Shown here: one piece after another, positions 38,890 through 47,984 of the stretch
Layout of the letters: every line of letters begins with the position of its first letter
How positions within the stretch are numbered: position 1 is the stretch's first letter
NCBI GenBank assembly: GCA_963834795.1
Contig: CAWIDL010000032.1
Span: 238,278 to 302,277 of the forward strand
Origin: an uncultured delta proteobacterium
Lineage (GTDB): Bacteria > Desulfobacterota > Desulfobaccia > Desulfobaccales > 0-14-0-80-60-11
Direction of reading: 5' to 3'
DNA length: 64,000 nucleotides
The notes under the pieces: model-generated
Told to the model about the DNA's origin: nothing
The model's input: the letters and a program-made list of their open reading frames with translations, nothing else
Database searches by the model: none
Position numbers and translations under genes: made by a program

Positions 38890-40362
38890 ATGCAGCTCTA
38901 TAATACCTTAAGCAGACACAAGGAAGCCTTCAAGCCCCTGACCCTGGGGAAAGTGGGGTTTTATGCTTGCGGAGTGACGGTTTACGACGACTGCCACCTG
39001 GGCCACGCCCGCTCCGGCGTGGTCTTTGAGGTCCTGGTGCGCTATTTGCGCCGTCAGGGGCTAACGGTCAACTGGGTGAGAAATTTTACCGACATCGATG
39101 ACAAGATCATCCGCCGGGCCCAGGAAACCGGAACCTCCTGGCAGGAGGTGGCCGAGCGCTACATCGCCTCCTTCCGGCAAGACACCGCGGCCTTGGGATT
39201 GCCCCCGGCCCAATGGGAGCCCCGAGCCACGGACCACCTGCCCCAGATCGTCGCCCTGATCCGCCGCCTGGAAGAGCGTGGATTCGCCTACCGGGGCGCC
39301 ACCGACGTCTATTTCCGGGTACGCAGCTTTCCCGGCTACGGTAAGCTCTCCGGCCAGAACCCGGATGACATGCGGGTGGGCGCCCGCATCGAGGTGGACC
39401 CGCACAAGGAAGACCCCCTGGACTTCGTCCTGTGGAAGAGCAGCAAGCCCGGAGAGCCAGCCTGGCCCAGCCCCTGGGGCCCGGGCCGCCCCGGCTGGCA
39501 CATCGAATGCTCCGCCATGAGCATGCACTACCTGGGGGAGACCTTCGACCTGCATGGCGGCGGCCAGGACCTGATCTTCCCCCACCACGAAAACGAGCTG
39601 GCCCAATCCGAGGCGGCCACCGGCCAGCCCTTCGCCCGCTACTGGCTGCATCACGGGCTGCTCACCCTCAACCAGGAGAAGATGTCCAAGTCCCTGGGAA
39701 ATTTCTTCACCATCAAGGAAGTCCTGGCCCGTTTTCCCGCGGAGGTGGTACGCTTCTTCCTCATCAATGGCCACTACCGCAGCCCTCTCGATTTCTCCGA
39801 CGCCGCCCTGGCCGAGGCCGAGGCCGCCCTGCTGCGGCTTTATTCCACTCTGGCCCGGCTCCGCGAGGGGCTCCGCCCCCACCAGGATTTTAAGCCGCTG
39901 GCCTCCCCGGACCTTCAGGCCAGCCTGACCTCAGAGGCAGGCGCCCGCCTTGCTTCCCTGCGGTCCCGCTTTGAGGCGGCCATGGACGACGATCTCAACA
40001 CCGCCCAGGCCCTGGGCTACCTCTTCGACGCGGTGCGACTGATCAACCGACTGATGGAGGAACCTTCAGACCATCCGGGCTATTTCACGGTTCTGCGGGA
40101 GGCCGATCACTCCCTGGCGGACCTGGGCCGGGTGCTGAATCTGCTCCAGGACGACCCGGTCGAGATGGTCCGAACCCTGAGACAGAAGGCCGTGGACCTG
40201 AAGATTGCCCCGGAAGAGATTGCACGCCTCATCGACGAGCGGATACTGGCTCGGAACCGCAAGGACTGGGCCCGGGCCGACGCCATCAGGAAAACGTTGG
40301 CCGAAATGGAGATCGTCCTGGAAGATACTCCCCAGGGGACCGTTTGGCGGGTGAAGAGCTAA
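38890..40362 (+). CDS. cysS: Cysteine--tRNA ligase
   Basis: ..FYACGVTVYDDCHLGHARS.. (HIGH region), ..WHIECSAM.. and KMSKSLGN. Confidence 0.95.
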   Translation: MQLYNTLSRHKEAFKPLTLGKVGFYACGVTVYDDCHLGHARSGVVFEVLVRYLRRQGLTVNWVRNFTDIDDKIIRRAQETGTSWQEVAERYIASFRQDTAALGLPPAQWEPRATDHLPQIVALIRRLEERGFAYRGATDVYFRVRSFPGYGKLSGQNPDDMRVGARIEVDPHKEDPLDFVLWKSSKPGEPAWPSPWGPGRPGWHIECSAMSMHYLGETFDLHGGGQDLIFPHHENELAQSEAATGQPFARYWLHHGLLTLNQEKMSKSLGNFFTIKEVLARFPAEVVRFFLINGHYRSPLDFSDAALAEAEAALLRLYSTLARLREGLRPHQDFKPLASPDLQASLTSEAGARLASLRSRFEAAMDDDLNTAQALGYLFDAVRLINRLMEEPSDHPGYFTVLREADHSLADLGRVLNLLQDDPVEMVRTLRQKAVDLKIAPEEIARLIDERILARNRKDWARADAIRKTLAEMEIVLEDTPQGTVWRVKS

Positions 40363-40363
40363 C

Positions 40364-40472
40364 TAATAGCTGACAGCTATCAGCTTTTGGGTTTTGTGTT
40401 TTTGGGTTTTGTTTTTTGGTTATTGGTTTTTGCTTTAGCTCACTGCTGACCGCTGATAGCTGTCAGCTATTA
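40364..40472. repeat. 21-bp perfect inverted repeat flanking a T/G-rich heptamer tract
   Basis: taatagctgacagctatcagc (40364-40384) and its exact reverse complement gctgatagctgtcagctatta (40452-40472) are separated by ttttgggttttgtgtttttgggttttg... The element starts 2 nt after the cysS stop. Confidence 0.85.
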
Positions 40473-40492
40473 AACTTCAAGGAGGTTTTCAT

Positions 40493-40777
40493 ATGGCCAC
40501 ATTCCTGATGTTTGGCAAATACTCAGCCCAGGCCCTGAAAGAGATGAGCCCGGGACGCACCCAGAAGGTGCGGGACAAGGTCAAGGAAATGGGCGGGGAA
40601 GTGAAGGCGATTTACGCCGTGCTGGGAAAGATGGACCTGCTGCTGGTGGTCAACCTGCCCGGCATCGAGGCGGCCGTGAAGGCCTCCCTGGCCCTGAGCA
40701 AAATGACCGGCATCTCTTTTACTACCTCGCCCGCCCTGCCGGTGGAGGAATTTGACAAAATAATCGCTCAGGTGTGA
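40493..40777 (+). CDS. GYD-domain protein
   Basis: MATFLMFGKYS..ALKEMS..R....K..K.MGGEVKAIYAVLGKMDLLLVV.. matches the GYD family layout. Confidence 0.7.
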   Translation: MATFLMFGKYSAQALKEMSPGRTQKVRDKVKEMGGEVKAIYAVLGKMDLLLVVNLPGIEAAVKASLALSKMTGISFTTSPALPVEEFDKIIAQV

Positions 40778-41088
40778 TGTTTTTTTGGGGGGGGGCCAGG
40801 GGCCGACGGCCCCTGCCCTCCCCCCAAGCCCCCCTCCCAACCCCCAGAATTTAGCCGGGGAAGGCGGGCTGCGCCCGACTTCCCCGGCTTAAAAATAGGG
40901 GCGACCCAGCAGGTCGCCCTTACTCTTATGAGGATTGGGGGTGGGGGTTTGGGGGAGTTTTTTGTAAGTGTAAGGGCCCTCGGCCCACTTACAATCCCTC
41001 CCCCAACTTTTTTAACCTTTTGGGGTGGGTGGCGCCAAGCCACCCACCCCAAAAAAATGTTATATTTAATTTTGCCGATATTAATAAT

Positions 41089-43086
41089 ATGTCAGAGCAG
41101 TTCCATCTAGTCACGCCCTTCCAGCCCAAAGGGGATCAGCCCCAGGCCATCCGCCGGTTGATCCAGGGGGTTAGGCACGGCCAGCCCCATCAGGTGTTGC
41201 TGGGGGTAACCGGCTCCGGCAAGACCTTCACGGTGGCCAACGTCATCGCCGCGGTGAATCTGCCCACCCTGGTGCTGGCCCCCAACAAGACCCTGGCCGC
41301 CCAGCTCTACGGCGAGTTCCATGAGTTCTTTCCGGAAAACGCGGTGGAGTATTTTGTAAGTTACTACGATTATTATCAGCCAGAGGCCTACGTGCCGCAG
41401 GCGGACCTCTATATCGAGAAGGACGCCTCCATCAACGAAGCCATCGACCGGTTGCGCCATTCCGCCACCCGCTCCCTGTTTGACCGCAATGATGTGATCA
41501 TCGTGGCTTCAGTCTCCTGCATCTACGGTCTGGGCTCGCCGGAGGCCTACCACGGCATGCTCCTCTATCTGGAGGAGGGCGTGGTCAGGGACCGCCGGGA
41601 GGTCCTGGCCAAGCTGGTGGAGATCCTGTACGAGAGGAATGACCTCGATTTTCACCGGGGGACTTTTCGGGTGCGGGGCGACCGGGTGGAGATCTTTCCG
41701 GCCTACGAAGAGGACCTGGCCATCCGCATCGAATTTTGGGGCGACACGGTGGAGGCCATCAAGGAGATCGACCCCTTGCGGGGCCAGACCTTACGCCGCC
41801 TCAAAAAGATCACGGTCTATCCCGCTTCCCATTACGTCACCACCGACCTGGTGCGGCGCCAGGCCACGGCCGCCATCGAGGCGGAACTGAGCGAGCGCCT
41901 CGCCTGGTTCCAGCAACAGGGGAAACTGTTGGAGGCCCAACGCCTGGGGGAGCGCACCCGTTTCGACCTGGAAATGATGAAGGAGCTGGGTTTTTGCCAC
42001 GGCATCGAGAATTATTCCCGACACCTCACCGGCCGGTCCCCGGGGGAGCCACCCCCTACCCTGCTGGACTACCTGCCTCGGGAATCCCTGGTGGTCATCG
42101 ACGAATCCCACATCACCATCCCCCAGCTCCAGGGCATGTACCGGGGAGACCGCTCCCGCAAACAGACCCTGGTGGATTTCGGCTTCCGCCTGCCTTCGGC
42201 CCTGGACAACCGGCCCCTCAGTTTCGAAGAGTTCGAAACCCGGGTGCACAAGTTGATTTACGCCTCCGCCACCCCCGGCCCCTATGAGCTGGACAAGGCC
42301 GGCGGCCGGGAGGTGGAGCAAGTCGTTCGCCCCACCGGCCTGATGGACCCCAAGATCACCGTGAAGCCGGCCAGCCACCAGGTGGATGATCTCCTGGGCG
42401 AGATCCGGGCCCGGGTGCAGCGGAGCGAGCGGGTCCTGATAACCACTCTCACCAAACGCATGGCCGAAGACCTTACCGAGTACTACCAGGACCTGGACCT
42501 TAAGGTGCGTTACCTCCATTCCGACATCACCACCCTGGAGCGCATGGAGATCATTCGGGACCTGCGCCTGGGAGTCTTCGACGTCCTGGTGGGCATCAAC
42601 CTCTTGCGGGAAGGGCTGGATCTGCCGGAAGTCTCCCTGGTCGCCATCCTGGATGCGGACAAGGAGGGCTTCTTGCGCTCCGGGCGCTCCCTGATCCAGA
42701 CCTGCGGCCGGGCGGCCCGCAATGTCCGGGGCGAAGTGCTCTTCTATGCCGACCGGGTAACCCCCTCCATGGCCGCGGCCATCCAGGAGACCGACCGCCG
42801 CCGGGCCCTGCAGCAAATTTACAATAAACGCCACGGCATCACCCCGGAGACCATCCAGAGCCGGATCAAAGACGTCCTGGGCTCGGTGTACGAACAGGAT
42901 TATGTCACCGTGCCTATGGCCGCCGAAGACCCGGCCCCCTATCTGCTGGAGGAGGAAGCAGCAGCCCGGATTGCCCGCCTGAAGCGGGAGATGCAGGCCG
43001 CTGCCAAGAAGCTGGATTTTGAGCGGGCCGCGACCCTGCGGGACCAGATCCGGGCCCTGGAGGCTGGACGGCTTAAGTACGCCTGA
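41089..43086 (+). CDS. uvrB: Excinuclease ABC subunit B
   Basis: ..[11 protein letters not shown].., GVTGSGKTF, ..[11 protein letters not shown].., DESH and the C-terminal UVR motif ..[14 protein letters not shown]. Start set at MSEQFHL (41089); the upstream part of the track ORF is repeat sequence. Confidence 0.95.
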   Translation: MSEQFHLVTPFQPKGDQPQAIRRLIQGVRHGQPHQVLLGVTGSGKTFTVANVIAAVNLPTLVLAPNKTLAAQLYGEFHEFFPENAVEYFVSYYDYYQPEAYVPQADLYIEKDASINEAIDRLRHSATRSLFDRNDVIIVASVSCIYGLGSPEAYHGMLLYLEEGVVRDRREVLAKLVEILYERNDLDFHRGTFRVRGDRVEIFPAYEEDLAIRIEFWGDTVEAIKEIDPLRGQTLRRLKKITVYPASHYVTTDLVRRQATAAIEAELSERLAWFQQQGKLLEAQRLGERTRFDLEMMKELGFCHGIENYSRHLTGRSPGEPPPTLLDYLPRESLVVIDESHITIPQLQGMYRGDRSRKQTLVDFGFRLPSALDNRPLSFEEFETRVHKLIYASATPGPYELDKAGGREVEQVVRPTGLMDPKITVKPASHQVDDLLGEIRARVQRSERVLITTLTKRMAEDLTEYYQDLDLKVRYLHSDITTLERMEIIRDLRLGVFDVLVGINLLREGLDLPEVSLVAILDADKEGFLRSGRSLIQTCGRAARNVRGEVLFYADRVTPSMAAAIQETDRRRALQQIYNKRHGITPETIQSRIKDVLGSVYEQDYVTVPMAAEDPAPYLLEEEAAARIARLKREMQAAAKKLDFERAATLRDQIRALEAGRLKYA

Positions 43087-43231
43087 GTTACGGGGTGCGG
43101 GGTTAAGATTTTAATTTTTTAAGTGAACTTCTTCTGAAGGAATGGGAGGGGGCCAATTAAACCACTACCTGTTAAAGCAGGTAGATTTTCCAACGACTGA
43201 AAATCTTACTCGGGTAATTCTGGCTCAAAAC

Positions 43232-44383
43232 TCACCTCTCCTCCTCCGCCCTTTTCTTGGGCCGCTTGCCATCGGGTTTAGCCTGCAATTTGAGGAATTC
43301 CTCCAGTAGCCGCTTCTGTTGGGAGCTGAGCCGGGTGGGGGTCTCCAGGGCCACTTCCACCACCAGGTCGCCCCTGGATTTGCCCCTGAGGCCCGGAAGC
43401 CCTTCCCTCGGGATGCGGAAGGTAGCCCCGGGCTGGGTGCCGGCTGGCACTTGCAGGAGCTTCTTGGAATTCAAGGTGGGAATAGTGACCGTGGCGCCCA
43501 GGGCCGCTTCCACAAAAGAGAGGTGCGCCTGGTAACGGAGATCTCGTTCCTTCCGGGAGAAGATGGGATGCGGGGTGATCTGAACTTCCAGGTAAAGGTC
43601 ACCGGCAGGGCCGCCTCTGACGCCCGCTTCCCCTTCCCCCCGGAGGCGCAGGCGGGTGCCGCTGTCCACCCCCGGCGGAATGCGCACCTGGAGCTGCTTC
43701 TTTTCCTTCACCGTGCCGCCGCCCCCGCAGTTGACGCAGGGGGAGGTGATGAGGGTGCCAGCCCCGAGACAATCCGGACAATTGTTGAAGATCTTCAGAA
43801 ATCCTCGGGGCTGGCTAACCTGGCCCCGGCCCCCACAGCGCGGGCAGCTCTGACGCTGGACGCCGGGCTCCAAGCCGCTGCCGCCGCAGCGCCGGCAACT
43901 GACTCGTCGTTCCACCTCCAGGCTGGTATCCAGGCCTCGGACCACTTCTTCCAGGGTCAGGACCACCCGCTGGCGCAAATCCGCCCCGGGTTGGGCCCGT
44001 TCGGCCTGGGCCGGCCGTTTCCCGAAGCTGAAGAATTCCTCGAATATGTCCCCAAAGGAGCCGAAGGTATCCTCAAAACCGCTGAAGCCGCCGACATCCA
44101 TACCGGCCACGCCCGCATGGCCATACAGGTCGTAAAGCTCCCGCTTCTCGGTATCCGACAGCACCTGGTAAGCTTCGGAAATCAGCTTGAATTGCTCTTC
44201 CGCCTGCTTGTCCCCGGGATTCTTGTCGGGATGATGTTTGAGAGCCAACTGCCGGTAACTGCCTTTGATTTCCTCCACTGAGGCATCCCGGGAGACCCCC
44301 AAGATCTCATAATATTCTGTCATTCCGGCCGAACCACTCCCAGCCTCATCCACTGGATGATTTTTCGCCCTAATGGTCATCAT
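43232..44383 (-). CDS. dnaJ: Molecular chaperone DnaJ
   Basis: [35 protein letters not shown], a G/F region, four CxxCxGxG repeats and the C-terminal domains. Start chosen at MMTIR (SD aaggaag). The track start at 44437 (MNFEL..) lies in the gttcaaa repeat. Confidence 0.9.
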   Translation of the reverse strand: MMTIRAKNHPVDEAGSGSAGMTEYYEILGVSRDASVEEIKGSYRQLALKHHPDKNPGDKQAEEQFKLISEAYQVLSDTEKRELYDLYGHAGVAGMDVGGFSGFEDTFGSFGDIFEEFFSFGKRPAQAERAQPGADLRQRVVLTLEEVVRGLDTSLEVERRVSCRRCGGSGLEPGVQRQSCPRCGGRGQVSQPRGFLKIFNNCPDCLGAGTLITSPCVNCGGGGTVKEKKQLQVRIPPGVDSGTRLRLRGEGEAGVRGGPAGDLYLEVQITPHPIFSRKERDLRYQAHLSFVEAALGATVTIPTLNSKKLLQVPAGTQPGATFRIPREGLPGLRGKSRGDLVVEVALETPTRLSSQQKRLLEEFLKLQAKPDGKRPKKRAEEER

Positions 44384-44424
44384 CTTCACTTCCTTTGTCA
44401 AGGACGGCTGCGGACATGGAGATA

Positions 44425-44504
44425 GTTCAAAGTTCAAAGTTCAAAGTTTCACCTCGAAGTAAGTTTGCCCTTAACCTTGAACCTTGAACTTTGAACTTTG
44501 AACT
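44425..44504. repeat. Heptamer-word long hairpin (gttcaaa x3 / tttgaac x3) between yggU and dnaJ
   Basis: The left arm gttcaaagttcaaagttcaaag is complementary to the right arm ..ctttgaactttgaactttgaac. The right arm encodes the last ~11 codons of the DUF167 ORF (..[12 protein letters not shown]). Confidence 0.8.
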
Positions 44505-44797
44505 TTTTTTGGAAGGGCTTCCAGGCGGGCCTCCAGGTCCGGGGAGAGATCGTGGATTTCCACCAGCTTGCTGCGGCTGCGGGCCCCCAGGAGACGGAAG
44601 GCGTCCTGGGGAAGCTTCAGGGCCCGAGCCAGGAAGGCCAGGAGTTCCCGGTTGGCCGCCCCCTTTTCCGGGACAGCCGTCAGCCGGACCTTGAGACGGT
44701 CGCCATGCAAGCCCACCACCTCGGTGCGCCGGCCCCCCGGAGCCACCGTTAGCCGCAGCAGGTAGCCCTGGCAGGTGGGCGAAAACCAGGTGGACAT
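44471..44797 (-). CDS. yggU: DUF167 (YggU-family) protein
   Basis: ..LLRLTVAPGGRRTEVVGLHGDRLKVRLTAVPEKGAANRELLAFLA.. is the DUF167 core. Start trimmed to MSTWF so it no longer overlaps yggT. Confidence 0.75.
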   Translation of the reverse strand: MSTWFSPTCQGYLLRLTVAPGGRRTEVVGLHGDRLKVRLTAVPEKGAANRELLAFLARALKLPQDAFRLLGARSRSKLVEIHDLSPDLEARLEALPKKVQSSKFKVQG

Positions 44798-44811
44798 CCC
44801 GAGGCTAGTCC

Positions 44812-45111
44812 TCAGCAGATCCGGTAGGCCAGGCCCAGGAGGCTGGCCCACAGGAAACTTCTCAAAAATACGATGGCCAGCAGCACCAGGAGGGGGCTCA
44901 GATCCAGGCCGCTATAGACCAGGGGCAGCCGCTGCCGCAACCAGGCCAGCACCGGTTCGGTGACCTTATAGAGAAACCGGACGATGGGGTTGTAGGGATC
45001 GGGGTTCACCCAGGAAATCAGGGCCCGGGCGATGATAATATACATATAGATGGCGAGCCCCAGGTCAAGGATCTTGGCCAGGGCCACCAGCAGATTGCTT
45101 AGGACAAACAT
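44812..45111 (-). CDS. yggT: YggT-family membrane protein
   Basis: ..IIIARALISWVNPDPYNPIVRFLYKVTEPVL.. is the YGGT repeat signature. Confidence 0.85.
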   Translation of the reverse strand: MFVLSNLLVALAKILDLGLAIYMYIIIARALISWVNPDPYNPIVRFLYKVTEPVLAWLRQRLPLVYSGLDLSPLLVLLAIVFLRSFLWASLLGLAYRIC

Positions 45112-45248
45112 TCCCGCTTCTCCATTTCTTAAGAAATTTAGTCTATTATGGCCGGGGCGCTAAAATTGTCAAGGCGGAAAGGTAATGATAGCAATCAGCT
45201 CCTGTAGGGTGCGCACTGCGCACCCTACATGGCTGATTGCTGAAAGCA

Positions 45249-45292
45249 GGGCGACCCGATCACAGGCTGGAAGCCTGTGCCACTGTCGCCCC
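45249..45292 (-). repeat. Two-tier hairpin repeat (family A), copy 4 (inverted orientation)
   Basis: gggcgacccgatcacaggctggaagcctgtgccactgtcgcccc is the reverse complement of the family consensus. It is adjacent to another nested hairpin at 45191-45240. Confidence 0.85.
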
Positions 45293-45378
45293 TCCTGCTG
45301 ACGGCTGACAGCTAAAAAATACCAGGTTGCGCCGGCCCGAGGCATTCCTTAAAATAGAAAGATTAGCCAGCGTCTCAG

Positions 45379-46619
45379 ATGAAAAACTCCGTAACCTTCA
45401 AGGCCCTGCGCCATCGCAATTTTCAGCTCTTTTTCACCGGCCAGCTGATCTCCCTCACCGGCTCCTGGATGCAGTCGGTGGCCTTCAGTTGGCTGGTCCT
45501 GGTGCTCACCAACTCCGCCCTCTACCTGGGACTGGTTGGCGCCCTGCAAACCCTGCCGGTGCTGCTCTTCTCCTTTCTGGGGGGCGTGGTGGCGGACCAC
45601 ACCAGCAAACTGCGCCTGATGTTCATTACGCAGACATCCCTATTGCTGCTGGCCCTGGCCCTGGGGCTGCTGGTGGACCTGCAGCTCATCAAGATTTGGG
45701 ACCTCTGCCTCATCGTCTTCCTCTCCGGCACGGTAATGGCCTTCGATATCCCGGCGCGCCAGGCCTTCATCGTGCAGCTGGTGGGCAAGCCGGACCTGCC
45801 CAACGCCATTGCCCTCAACTCCAGCCTGTTCAACGCCACCCGGGTGATGGGCCGGCGGTGGGCGGGGTGGTGATCGCGGCCATGGGCATGGCCAACTGCT
45901 TCTATCTCAACGCCGCCAGCTTTCTGGCGGTGCTCCTGGCCCTGGCGCTCCTCAAACTGCCTCCCTCCCAGCCGGCGCCCTGGACGCCCCTGTGGCGCGC
46001 CTGGAAGGAACTCGGAGACTACCTGCGGACCAGGCGGGAGGTGCGGCTGATCCTGCTGCTGATGACCCTGGTGGCCGTCCTGGCCATGCCCTATTACGTG
46101 CTGCTGCCCATGCTGGCCCGGAATACCCTGGGGGTGGGGCCCAGTGGCTTCGGCATCCTCATGGGCGCCAGCGGCCTGGGGGCCTTTCTGGGCGGCCTCA
46201 TCCTGGCCCGCCGCCTGCAGAGTAGCCCTCCCATGCCCTCCTTCCTGACAGGTCAGGCCCTGTTTCTCCTGGGGCTGGTGGGCCTGGGGCTCTGCGGCTC
46301 ATATTACGCCGCCCTGGTCTTCATGTTCATTATCGGCTTCGGCATGGTGACCCAACTCTCCACCGGCAACAGCCTGCTGCAGCTCAACGTACCCGATGAA
46401 CTGCGGGGCCGCCTCATGAGCCTCTTCGGGCTCATCGTCATGGGCTTCGCCCCGATAGGCAGCCTCATTTACGGGGTGGCGGCCCACTTCGCCGGCCCGG
46501 GACCCACCATCGCCGGAGGGGGCCTCTTGGCCGCCCTGGGCGCCGGCATCATCCTGCTGCGCTACCCTGATCTGCGCCGCCTCGAGTTCACCGACCTGGG
46601 ACCCGCCGAAAGTGATTGA
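45379..46619 (+). pseudogene. MFS transporter (MFS_3/EntS-like) interrupted by a 1-nt frameshift
   Basis: Frame 1 (45379..45873) gives TM1-6 and ends ..FNATRVMGRRWAGW*. Frame 2 continues ..GPAVGGVVIAAMGMANCFYLNAASF.. to 46619. Restoring one G/C in atgggccgg (about 45849-45853) gives the canonical ..ATRVMGPAVGG.. Confidence 0.8.
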
Positions 46620-46707
46620 CCTTTGTTGGGAGCTTGGGAGAAATAGCCACACTTGCAGAATAAATTAGAAATTAATTTTTAAGGGTGAAAAATCTATTTT
46701 TTCCACC

Positions 46708-46794
46708 TTGCATTTTTGGGAAGATGAGTTATATTGACCTCTATAAGAGGTCATATGACCTCAATTATAGTTCGCATGACCTATATAGGAGGTC
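46708..46794 (+). promoter_or_regulatory. Candidate sigma70 promoter plus TGACCT-type operator palindromes upstream of the wHTH gene
   Basis: -35 ttgcat (46708-13), 16-nt spacer, -10 tatatt (46730-35). Immediately after come gacctct-ata-agaggtc (46736-52), a tgacct half-site (46756) and gacctatataggaggtc (46778-94), which overlaps the SD aggagg. Confidence 0.45.
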
Positions 46795-46801
46795 TATCCA
46801 A

Positions 46802-47131
46802 ATGTTGGCGCCCCTGCTCGGATCAATTAGTGGCGAGAGAACACTACTTTTTATTTTTGCGAGAGGAGAAGGGTACGCGCGCGAGATAGCGAGATTTTAT
46901 AATACAGATTTGACTCCTATCCAAAGGAAACTTGAAAGGTTTGAAGCAGATGGGGTTTTATACAGCCGCTTTGCCGGGAGAACTCGTCTATATTCGTTCA
47001 ATCCAAGATACGTATTTAAGCCAGAGATCGAAAACCTTCTCAAAAAGGCTTTAACTTTTTACCCCCCAAATGAGCGTGAAGCGCTTTTAATGAATAGGCG
47101 TAGACCCAGGAGGAGTGGTAAGCCATTATGA
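46802..47131 (+). CDS. Winged-helix DNA-binding protein (antitoxin-like, AbiEi/MarR-type)
   Basis: ..ERTLLFIFARGEGYAREIARFYNTDLTPIQRKLERFEADGVLYSRFAGRTRLYSFN.. is a wHTH. Start moved to the Met at 46802, which has a strong aggagg SD. The stop overlaps the next start (ATGA). Confidence 0.6.
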   Translation: MLAPLLGSISGERTLLFIFARGEGYAREIARFYNTDLTPIQRKLERFEADGVLYSRFAGRTRLYSFNPRYVFKPEIENLLKKALTFYPPNEREALLMNRRRPRRSGKPL

Positions 47132-47665
47132 AGCAAATCAAAGATATGTCGATCGGAGAATTAGCAGCATTTATATGTAGCCATCTTAAACGCAGAGGCA
47201 TTGATGTTGTCTTATCAGGGGGAAGTTGTGTCTCAATTTACACTGAAAATAAATATGCTTCCCTTGATTTAGATTTCATTGAATTTAATTATATTGATAG
47301 AAAGAAATTAAAAAAAGAGCCTTTTGGAAATAGGATTTCATGAAAAAAATAAGTATTTCGTAAATCCTGAAACAGATATCTTCTTGGAATTCCCACCAGG
47401 CCCCCTTAATACTGGGGAAGAACCAGTAAAAGAAGTTATTACAATAAATTTTCCCACAGGTGAATTAAGGATCATTTCTCCGACTGATTGTGTTAAAAAT
47501 AGACTCGCTGCATATTATCATTGGGGAGATCAACAAAGTTTAGAGCAAGCAGTATTGGTTGCAAAAGATAACAGGATAAGTCTGGAAGAAATAGAACGAT
47601 GGTCTAAGGTAGAGGATAAGATGTCGGTTTTTCACGTAATAAGAAATCGCCTTGAAGTCCGCTAA
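47128..47665 (+). pseudogene. Nucleotidyltransferase-fold (AbiEii/DUF6036-like) protein split by a frameshift in an A7 run
   Basis: ORFs 47128..47343 and 47324..47665 are consecutive frames. Removing one A from aaaaaaa (47310-47316) gives the continuous ..DRKKLKKSLLEIGFHEKNKYF.. The N-terminus ..VVLSGGSCVSIY.. resembles the NTase G-S motif. Confidence 0.55.
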
Positions 47666-47836
47666 ATTATTTCTAATTTAAACAAGTTGGCCTTCAGCAA
47701 TTTCTCCCTGATTTCCCCTGAGCCCCCAAGAAGATTTCAAAAGCCCCCCATGCAGAGATTTTGAAATTGGCGATGACTAAAATTTAGTCATTGTCGATCC
47801 TTTTCAAAATGACCCACTAGCCGACGCCAAAATATC

Positions 47837-47865
47837 TTGTGATTTGCTGATATTTCTGTTATAAA
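47837..47865 (+). promoter_or_regulatory. Candidate promoter of the rpsB-tsf-pyrH-frr-uppS cluster
   Basis: ttgtga, 17-nt spacer, tataaa, about 120 nt upstream of rpsB and followed by a very GC-rich leader (47890-47975). Confidence 0.35.
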
Positions 47866-47984
47866 AATTCGATTTGCAATAAATTACTCACGCCCCGCCA
47901 GGGCGGGCCGGTGCCGGCGCCAGTTGCCAAAGGCGGCGGTGGCCCCGCCGGCGGCGGAGCGGTGGACTAACCGGAGGAAAACCC

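Noticed and set aside
44384-44437. Longer dnaJ ORF starting at [10 protein letters not shown].. (track start 44437).
   Set aside because: That ATG lies inside the gttcaaa heptamer repeat. The Met at 44383 has a proper SD (aaggaag) and leaves a conventional short lead-in to the J domain.
11027-44504. Possible CRISPR arrays among the tandem or inverted short repeats (for example 11027-11704, 28010-28044, 32460-32505, 44425-44504).
   Set aside because: Repeat units are only about 7 nt with no unique spacers of 25-40 nt. The two 80-94-bp repeats at 11 kb flank a gene rather than spacers, and no cas genes are present.
45327-45850. Upstream part of the 430-aa ORF 45327..46619.
   Set aside because: In this region the alternative frame (45379..45873) gives genuine MFS TM helices 1-6. 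The 45327 frame is Pro/Gly/Ala/His-rich nonsense until the frameshift point, so the locus is called a frameshifted MFS gene instead.
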